Assembly: GCA_042217585.1 (NCBI GenBank)
Contig: JBDGSJ010000004.1
Location: 1-60,379 of the forward strand
Source: Candidatus Nanohaloarchaea archaeon
Lineage (GTDB): Archaea > Nanohalarchaeota > Nanosalinia > Nanosalinales > Nanosalinaceae
Reading direction: 5' to 3'
Length of the DNA: 60,379 nt
Part shown: positions 54,044 to 60,379 of the stretch, piece by piece
Layout of the letters: each line of letters opens with the position of its first letter
Position numbering within the stretch: the first letter of the stretch is position 1
Translations under genes and position numbers: made by a program
The notes under the pieces: generated by a model
Seen by the model: only the letters and a program-made list of their open reading frames with translations
Told to the model about the DNA's origin: nothing
Databases searched by the model: none

Positions 54044-55429
54044 ATGCAGGAAGAATACCAGACGATAAACCAGGTCAAGGGACCGCTTGTATACGTTGAA
54101 AACACGAAGGACGTCGCCTACGGCGACATCGTCGAGGTGGAGACCCCTGACGGCGAGGTCAAAAGGGGAGAGGTCCTGGAGACCTCGAAGGACGTCGTCG
54201 TCATACAGGTCTACGAGGAGACCCAGGGAATCGGGCAGGACGCCCGCGTCAGGTTCATGGACGAGAACGTTAAGATGCCGTGCTCCGAGGACCTGCTTGG
54301 CAGGATTCTGGACGGTACAGGCGACCCTATCGACGGTGGACCCGAGGTCATCCCCGAGGAAGAGCGGGACATCCAGGGAGAGGCTATCAATCCATACGCC
54401 CGCGAGCTTCCAGAGGACTTCATCCAGACAGGGGTCTCGACCATCGACGTGACCAACACGCTGGTCAAGGGACAGAAGCTTCCGATCTTCTCCGGCTCCG
54501 GGCTCCCGCACAACGAGCTCGCGAAGCAGATCGCCCGCCAGGCAGACGTCAAGGGCGAGGACACTGACTTCGCGGTCGTCTTCGCGGGGATGGGCATAAC
54601 AGAAGAGGAATCACAGGAGTTCATCGAAGAGTTCGAGAACACCGGCGCACTGGAGCGGTCTGTCGTCTTCCTCAACAAGGCGAGCGACCCGGCGCCAGAG
54701 AGGATCATCACGCCAAGGCTCGCTCTGACGACAGCGGAGTTCCTCGCCTTCGAGAAGGAGATGGACGTCCTCGTCATACTCACCGACATGACCAACTACT
54801 GTAACGCGCTGAGAGAGGTCTCCGCCGCCCGTGAGGAGGTCCCGGGACGCAGGGGATACCCGGGCTACATGTACACGGACCTCGCGAACCTGTACGAGCG
54901 CGCGGGACTGATCAAGGGTGAGGAGGGCTCCGTCACCCAGCTCCCGATCCTGACGATGCCCAACGACGACCAGACCCATCCGATACCGGACCTCACCGGC
55001 TATATCACGGAGGGACAGATCGTCGTGGACAGGGACCTCGACAACCAGGGACTCAAACCTCCTATCGACATCCTTCCCAGCCTTTCCAGGCTGGAGGACA
55101 ACGGTATCGGCGAGGGATACACCCGTGAGGACCATCCTGACCTCTCGGACCAGCTCTACGCCCTCTACGCTGAAGGTGAAAGCCTGAGAGACCTGGTATC
55201 CATCGTCGGCGAGGATGCCCTGAGCGAAAGGGACGAGAAAATCCTGAAGTTCACCCGGAAGTTCGAGGAGCACTTCGTCGGCCAGGGATTCGACGAGGAC
55301 CGCGATATCGAGGAGGCGCTGGACCTCGCGTGGAAGCTGCTGTCGCTCGTGCCGGAGGACGAGCTCACGAGAATCGAACCCGAGATGAGAGATGAAAGAC
55401 TTCCCGAGGAAGGGGAAGTCGACCTCTGA
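54044..55429 (+). CDS. atpB: A/V-type ATP synthase subunit B
   Basis: [42 protein letters not shown]. Confidence 0.98.
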   Translation: MQEEYQTINQVKGPLVYVENTKDVAYGDIVEVETPDGEVKRGEVLETSKDVVVIQVYEETQGIGQDARVRFMDENVKMPCSEDLLGRILDGTGDPIDGGPEVIPEEERDIQGEAINPYARELPEDFIQTGVSTIDVTNTLVKGQKLPIFSGSGLPHNELAKQIARQADVKGEDTDFAVVFAGMGITEEESQEFIEEFENTGALERSVVFLNKASDPAPERIITPRLALTTAEFLAFEKEMDVLVILTDMTNYCNALREVSAAREEVPGRRGYPGYMYTDLANLYERAGLIKGEEGSVTQLPILTMPNDDQTHPIPDLTGYITEGQIVVDRDLDNQGLKPPIDILPSLSRLEDNGIGEGYTREDHPDLSDQLYALYAEGESLRDLVSIVGEDALSERDEKILKFTRKFEEHFVGQGFDEDRDIEEALDLAWKLLSLVPEDELTRIEPEMRDERLPEEGEVDL

Positions 55430-55440
55430 AGGTGAGGACC

Positions 55441-56064
55441 GTGAGTCAGGACGTAAAACCGACGAGAAGCGAGGAACTCAGGCTGAAGGAGCGCATCGAA
55501 CTCGCGGAGAACGGCCACGAGATCCTCGAGAAGAAGAGGGACGGCCTCATCCACGAGTTCATGGAGGTCGTGGACGACGCCCGGGAATCCAACGAGGAGC
55601 TCGCGGACCTTTTCACCGAGGCCCAGAGAAAGCTGAACAAGGCTCTGGTCTTCGATGGCGAGGCCACCATCCGGTCCAACGCCATGACCATACAGTCGGA
55701 GCCGAAGATAACGGCCACAACGCAGAACATCATGGGCGTTGTTGTCCCGGAGATAGAGTCCGAGGAGATCAGGAGGGACGTCATGGACCGCGAGTACGGC
55801 CTGACCTCGACGACCTCCCGGATAGATTCGACCGCGGACAGGTACGAGGAACTCCTGGAGAAGATAATCGATGCGGCGGAGACACAGACCAAGATCCTGA
55901 AGCTCCTTGACGAGATAGAGAAGACGAAGAGACGTGTCAACGCCCTCGAGCACAAGACCATCCCCGAGATGGAGGACGCGCTCGACTACGTCTCGCAGAC
56001 CCTGCAGGAGAACTCCCGTGAGGAGACCTTCCGGATGAAGAAGATCAAGGAGATGCAGGAGTAG
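55441..56064 (+). CDS. atpD: A/V-type ATP synthase subunit D
   Basis: VKPTR.E, GH.IL..KRD.L, TKRRVNALE...IP. Confidence 0.96.
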   Translation: MSQDVKPTRSEELRLKERIELAENGHEILEKKRDGLIHEFMEVVDDARESNEELADLFTEAQRKLNKALVFDGEATIRSNAMTIQSEPKITATTQNIMGVVVPEIESEEIRRDVMDREYGLTSTTSRIDSTADRYEELLEKIIDAAETQTKILKLLDEIEKTKRRVNALEHKTIPEMEDALDYVSQTLQENSREETFRMKKIKEMQE

Positions 56065-56133
56065 GCTGAAAGACCCGGTGTTGGAACTCTGTACCACAGC
56101 CCAATTTAAGTGCCTGCTCGGGGAATTGTAGGT

Positions 56134-56790
56134 ATGACTATGCTTGGACTCGGCACGGCCTGGTTCATCCGGGGATTCCTTGCCGCGGTCTTCTTCGTAC
56201 TGGGAGGGCTGATGTGGAGGAAATCGAGCGAGATAAAGATAACGAGGATGACCTCCCTGTTCTTCGTGGCCTGGGGGATGTTCTTCACAGCCCTCAACGT
56301 GGTCTTCGGGCTCCAGACGTACGGCGTGCTGCCGGGGAAGTACCTCCCGGTAGGACTGGCCCTTGCCCATCTGTTCGCGTTCGTGTCAGTGGGCTACCTC
56401 TGGAGATCGATCACGGTGCTCTTCTACGCGAAATACGAGGATTACTGGAAGTACATAGCAGGCTGGGGTGCGGTCGTCCTGCTTCTTTCCATAGGTGTCG
56501 TGACCGGGACGGTACCGGTCATGCCTTTCAGGATGGGGATAATGGCCGGTTTCTGGCTTCCAGGGCTCGCACTGGGAGTTATAGGTTACAGGAGCGCCTC
56601 GGAGGTTTCCGGGGCCGAGAAGTACAAGCTCTACCTGATGACTACCGGCGCGCTGTGGGGGATGCTGGTCTCCTCCACGACCAACAACCTGCGGATAGGA
56701 CCGATGAACGGCATGTGGGCGAATCTTCCCTGGATGGCGCTGTTCGTCGCAGCGATATGGTGGGACCAGGTCAAGGAGATAGCCTGGTAA
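56134..56790 (+). CDS. 7-TM membrane protein (resembles stand-alone 7TM sensor modules)
   Basis: Seven hydrophobic segments and no cytoplasmic output domain. Confidence 0.7.
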   Translation: MTMLGLGTAWFIRGFLAAVFFVLGGLMWRKSSEIKITRMTSLFFVAWGMFFTALNVVFGLQTYGVLPGKYLPVGLALAHLFAFVSVGYLWRSITVLFYAKYEDYWKYIAGWGAVVLLLSIGVVTGTVPVMPFRMGIMAGFWLPGLALGVIGYRSASEVSGAEKYKLYLMTTGALWGMLVSSTTNNLRIGPMNGMWANLPWMALFVAAIWWDQVKEIAW

Positions 56791-56841
56791 CACCTCTCAT
56801 TTATTCTTTGAAAACCCTTTCTTCTGTGGAGGCCGACAGAA

Positions 56842-58815
56842 TTGAGCGAAGGACCACCCGGGAACAGTAGAAAAGACGTATCATATGAGATGCACGGAGA
56901 GGAGATATTCGACCCTTTCAGGTGGCTGGAGGAGGACTCGGAAGAGGTGGAGGAGTGGGTCCGCCGGCAGAACAGCCACGCGAAGAGATCGCTGGAAAAC
57001 GAGATAAGAGAAGAGCTCAGACCCCGTCTGGAGGACATAAAGGAGTTCACGGACCACGGGAACATAGTTCCGTCGGAGGACGGCTATTACCAGGTCATCC
57101 GGCGACCGGGCGAGGAGAAGCCTGCGCTCTACCACAGGGAATCCCCCGGCTCCGACCCTGAAAAGGTGATAGATCCGAACGAGATGGACGGGGATGTCAG
57201 CGTGGAGGAGTACTTCGTATCAGGGGATGGCTCCCGGATAGCCTACCTCGTGAACCGTGGCGGGAGCGAGATGTTCGACATAAAGGTCCACAGCACGGAG
57301 GAAGACGAGATCGTGGACGAGGTCCCGGACGTGGGACGCGGCCACAGCGTGGAGTGGGACGGGGACGGTTTCTACTACGTCAGGACCGGCGAGGAAGATC
57401 AGCTGGACAAGGAGGTCCGCTACAGGGAGCTGAACGGAGATGACCGGTCCGTCTTCACCCGTTTCGGTCCGCGAGAATGGCCCGTGCTTGAGACCTCGGA
57501 GGACGGCGAACACGTCATAGTCGGGACGGTCGACGAGGACCACAACTCGGAGCTGTACTACAGCAGGGACGGAGAAAGCTTCGAGAAGATAGAACTGGAT
57601 GGGGAAGGCCTCTTCCTCCCGTTGATGGATGGAGAGGACCTCTACGTCCTGACAGATGCCGGGGCACCGAACAGGAAGGTTATGAGGGGCGAACCCGGGC
57701 CTGAACCCGGCCTGGAGGACTTCATACCTGAGAGGGACAGACAGGTCCTGGAGGAGTTCGAGGTCCGTAACGGAAGCCTCGGGATGGTCTACCTCGACGG
57801 GGGAACCCACAGACTGGAGGTCGAGGAGGAGGGCGAGAGAAGAGAGATCGAGCTCCCGGGCGAGGGGACCGTGGAATCCCTGGACTGGGACAGGGACGGC
57901 GAGAGACTTTTCTTCAGGTTCACGTCCTTCGACCAGCCCTCCACCCAGTACATGGTCGAAGAGAAAGAGAGGGAAGAGCTGTTCAGGAACGAGAGAGGGT
58001 TCGACACGGAGCTCGAGGTCAGCAGGGAGGAAGTCGAATCTGGAGATGGAACAGAGATACCTCTCTTCGTGGTCCACCGCGAGGACCTCGAGAGGGACGG
58101 CGATAACCCCGCACTCCTGTACGGCTACGGCGGGTTCGGGAAGGCGATGACGCCCCGTTACACCCGCCACGTGATGCCTTTCCTGTCCGACGGCGGGGTC
58201 TACGCGGTCCCGGCGCTACGTGGAGGCGGAGAGTTCGGAAGAGAGTGGCACGAGAAGGCGAAGAAACAGCAGAAGCAGAGGACCTTCGACGACTTCATCG
58301 CCTCGGCGGAGCACCTCATCTCCGGGGGCTACACAGATACCTCGAAGCTGGCGGCGGAGGGCGGGAGCAACGGCGGACTTACGGTTTCCGCATCGGTGGT
58401 CCAGAGACCTGAGCTGTTCGCCGCAGGTATCGCCCATGTCCCGCTCACCGACATGCTGAGGTTCGACAGGTACGAGATAGGAGATCTATGGACCGGGGAG
58501 TACGGTTCACCGGGGGAAGAGGATGAGTTCCGGGCGCTGAAGGGATACTCCCCGTACCACAACATCTCGAACGATGATTACCCGGCGATGCTGTTCACGA
58601 CCGCTGAGAACGATACAAGGGTGCACCCGATGCACGCCAGGAAGATGGCGGCGAGGATGCAGGAGAACACCACATCCAGCGACCCCGTGCTCCTGAGGAC
58701 CTACAGCGATTCAGGACACACCGGCGGCGCAGGTATCTCCCAGGCGATCGAACAGATACTTGATGACTGGACCTTCATATACGGCCAGCTCGGGGTTGAG
58801 CCTGGAGAAAAGTAG
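56842..58815 (+). CDS. prolyl oligopeptidase (S9A)
   Basis: DPFRWLE, YGYGGF, RGGGEFG..WH, GGSNGG, DTRVHP.H, GH. Confidence 0.96.
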   Translation: MSEGPPGNSRKDVSYEMHGEEIFDPFRWLEEDSEEVEEWVRRQNSHAKRSLENEIREELRPRLEDIKEFTDHGNIVPSEDGYYQVIRRPGEEKPALYHRESPGSDPEKVIDPNEMDGDVSVEEYFVSGDGSRIAYLVNRGGSEMFDIKVHSTEEDEIVDEVPDVGRGHSVEWDGDGFYYVRTGEEDQLDKEVRYRELNGDDRSVFTRFGPREWPVLETSEDGEHVIVGTVDEDHNSELYYSRDGESFEKIELDGEGLFLPLMDGEDLYVLTDAGAPNRKVMRGEPGPEPGLEDFIPERDRQVLEEFEVRNGSLGMVYLDGGTHRLEVEEEGERREIELPGEGTVESLDWDRDGERLFFRFTSFDQPSTQYMVEEKEREELFRNERGFDTELEVSREEVESGDGTEIPLFVVHREDLERDGDNPALLYGYGGFGKAMTPRYTRHVMPFLSDGGVYAVPALRGGGEFGREWHEKAKKQQKQRTFDDFIASAEHLISGGYTDTSKLAAEGGSNGGLTVSASVVQRPELFAAGIAHVPLTDMLRFDRYEIGDLWTGEYGSPGEEDEFRALKGYSPYHNISNDDYPAMLFTTAENDTRVHPMHARKMAARMQENTTSSDPVLLRTYSDSGHTGGAGISQAIEQILDDWTFIYGQLGVEPGEK

Positions 58816-58842
58816 AGGTGGAATATGTGGAGGGAGAGGACC

Positions 58843-60078
58843 CTATTCTTCCTCCCCGCCTGAATCCTTCTTTTCCGGCATGCTGGGGACTATGTCTGCG
58901 TCCCCGGCGGCGTCTGCTATCTCGCCGGTGTCCATTTCGGGAGTCATCTCCTCGGTCTTCTCCTCTTCCTCCTTCGCCTCCTGTATGTCCTTCCCGACCT
59001 GGGAGACGAACTTCTTCGTCTCGTTCTTGAGCTCGTAGATCTCCTTCTCGTTGACGTCGTCCAGCTCCTTGTTCCTTATCCTCTCGATGACGTCCTCCCA
59101 GCGGTCGAACATCTGGAGGTGGTCCTCGCCGACGTCAAGCTCCTCGGAGACTACCTCCGGGAGGTCGTCCTTGTCCTCCGGCGGTGTGACCCCGCGGGAC
59201 TTCAGCGCGGCGACGTTGGCGCGGAGGAACTTCTTGTAGTCGTCGACTATGCCGCGGACCTTCTTCCGGGCTCCCAGCTGTGAGACCAGCTTGTGCATCC
59301 TGCGGACGAAGTCGTCGGTCCTGTCGAGGTATTCTTCGACTTCCTCTCCGGTGACTTCCTCGGGGTTCTTCTCTCCCCTGTCGCCGAACTCGTAGATGTC
59401 CCGCGCCTTCTCAACGTATTCCTCTTCGAGCATGTCCTCCTCGACGAACATCTCCTCGAGGAGCTCCGGAACCTTCTCCTTGCCCGGCGGCGCCTTCCCC
59501 GTGAGCATTATCGGTGCCTGTCCGGCGTTCGCCATGACCTGTTCCAGTTTATGCGGTATGGAGGACCTCAGGTTGTTCTCGGCCTTCTTGAACCCTGATG
59601 CGGCGAGGTTGAGCCTCTTCTTGACGGATTCCTGTGTGCCAGCGATCTTTCCCCTGTCAAGCAGTCTCTTCGCGGGCATGAAGACCCCTGTATCGTAGAC
59701 CGGTTCCCCGTTCCGGACCGCCTCGATCGCGAGGGGCTCTCCCTGTCTCAGGGAGTCCCAGAACTCGGTCAGGAAAGGGAAGTACTGTATCGTTATCCTC
59801 TCGTCGGTATCCTTCGCCAGCTTCGTGACCTTCCTCCTGATCTTCTTCTTCGTGGAGTCGGGCACGTCGTTCTGTAGCTTCGTGTCGTCCAGTACGACCA
59901 GCGTGTCGATATCGCTCTCTACATCGTGCTCCGCCTTGGAGACGCTTCCCCAGACCGCGACCACGATAACCTTGTCACCCAGTTTTTCCTGCAGTTTCTC
60001 GGAGAACTCCTCCACGGCCTCCATCCTTCTCTCCTGGGACTTCTTCCGCATCTCCTTCATCTTGTCCTTAGAGGTCAT
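58843..60078 (-). CDS. minimal nucleotidyltransferase (Pol-beta/MNT) domain fused to helical HEPN-like domains
   Basis: WGSVSK......SDIDTLVVLDD; C-terminal helical region without an evident RxxxxH motif. Confidence 0.8.
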   Translation of the reverse strand: MTSKDKMKEMRKKSQERRMEAVEEFSEKLQEKLGDKVIVVAVWGSVSKAEHDVESDIDTLVVLDDTKLQNDVPDSTKKKIRRKVTKLAKDTDERITIQYFPFLTEFWDSLRQGEPLAIEAVRNGEPVYDTGVFMPAKRLLDRGKIAGTQESVKKRLNLAASGFKKAENNLRSSIPHKLEQVMANAGQAPIMLTGKAPPGKEKVPELLEEMFVEEDMLEEEYVEKARDIYEFGDRGEKNPEEVTGEEVEEYLDRTDDFVRRMHKLVSQLGARKKVRGIVDDYKKFLRANVAALKSRGVTPPEDKDDLPEVVSEELDVGEDHLQMFDRWEDVIERIRNKELDDVNEKEIYELKNETKKFVSQVGKDIQEAKEEEEKTEEMTPEMDTGEIADAAGDADIVPSMPEKKDSGGEEE

Positions 60079-60154
60079 GCCGGATCACATACACGGATTC
60101 CCGCCCCATATTTAAAAAACTTCAGAAATGTTGTCACGGACCACTCACAATGAG

Positions 60155-60379
60155 TCACTGGTATTCTTCCTTCTTGAACTCGCCCGGCCTGTTCTCGTTC
60201 TCCATCGCTGCCTTGCTGGACCACGTGTAGTCGAACTCCTCCGCCTCCAGCAGACCTTTCAGCGGGTCGAAGGCGTGCTCCTCTATCTTCGCCCACTCGC
60301 GGTCCTTGTTCGCGTCGTCCATCCCGAAGAAACGCGCCATGAGACCCTGCTTCCGGTTCTCGTAGTTCCCGTCCACCGG
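60155..60379 (-). CDS. hypothetical protein, C-terminal part (5' end outside the window)
   Basis: Open frame runs to the window end. Confidence 0.6.
   Translation of the reverse strand, partial: PVDGNYENRKQGLMARFFGMDDANKDREWAKIEEHAFDPLKGLLEAEEFDYTWSSKAAMENENRPGEFKKEEYQ

Noticed and set aside
1..60379. Genome-wide TAG reassignment
   Set aside because: Conserved genes (rps8e, lig, atpD, the RPA32-like gene) end at TAG at their expected C-termini.
1..60379. Many long antisense or alternate-frame ORFs in the track (e.g. 3264-4316, 10877-12121, 23647-24969, 38028-39215, 48253-49653, 55165-56370)
   Set aside because: They are shadows of real genes in GC-rich DNA with biased codons (Leu/Val/Ser-rich mirror translations) and show no family motifs.
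1..60379. CRISPR array, rRNA, integrase or transposase
   Set aside because: No regularly spaced repeats, rRNA signatures or recombinase/transposase motifs were seen.

Overview
This is an archaeal chromosomal segment with very tight gene packing (many ATGA/TGATG overlaps) and a strongly acidic proteome. By inference it most likely comes from a halophilic DPANN lineage (Ca. Nanohaloarchaeota-like). The right two-thirds is mostly core machinery: oapABC, Sm/L37e, S8e, DRG GTPase, SSB/RPA, Nth, aIF2-beta, MCM, TBP, RNase P proteins, L15e, DNA ligase, TrmB, SppA, Elp3, AdkA, CCA enzyme, aIF5A, histone, Nob1, TFB, Trm1 and a complete A/V-type ATP synthase operon (H-I-K-E-C-F-A-B-D). The left third (about 1-21 kb) is accessory and orphan-rich. 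Three minus-strand tRNA genes (Thr-TGT, Ile-GAT, Lys-TTT) all carry introns at 37/38. The most notable observations are: (i) a stand-alone catalytic-domain-only paralog of class I LysRS whose lysine-pocket residues appear changed; (ii) small hairpin-rich insertions at tRNA genes, namely a 118-bp unit flanked by a 9-bp direct repeat inside the tRNA-Thr intron, a CTTTCC-N3-GGAAAG hairpin shared by the Thr and Ile introns, and a 24-bp att-like duplication of the tRNA-Lys 3' end around a ~105-bp palindromic segment; (iii) a GNAT gene with one in-frame TAG followed by a hairpin; (iv) an 859-aa protein with solenoid repeats, a coiled coil and a conserved-looking C-terminal domain. All family assignments come from motif recognition by eye; no database searches were run.
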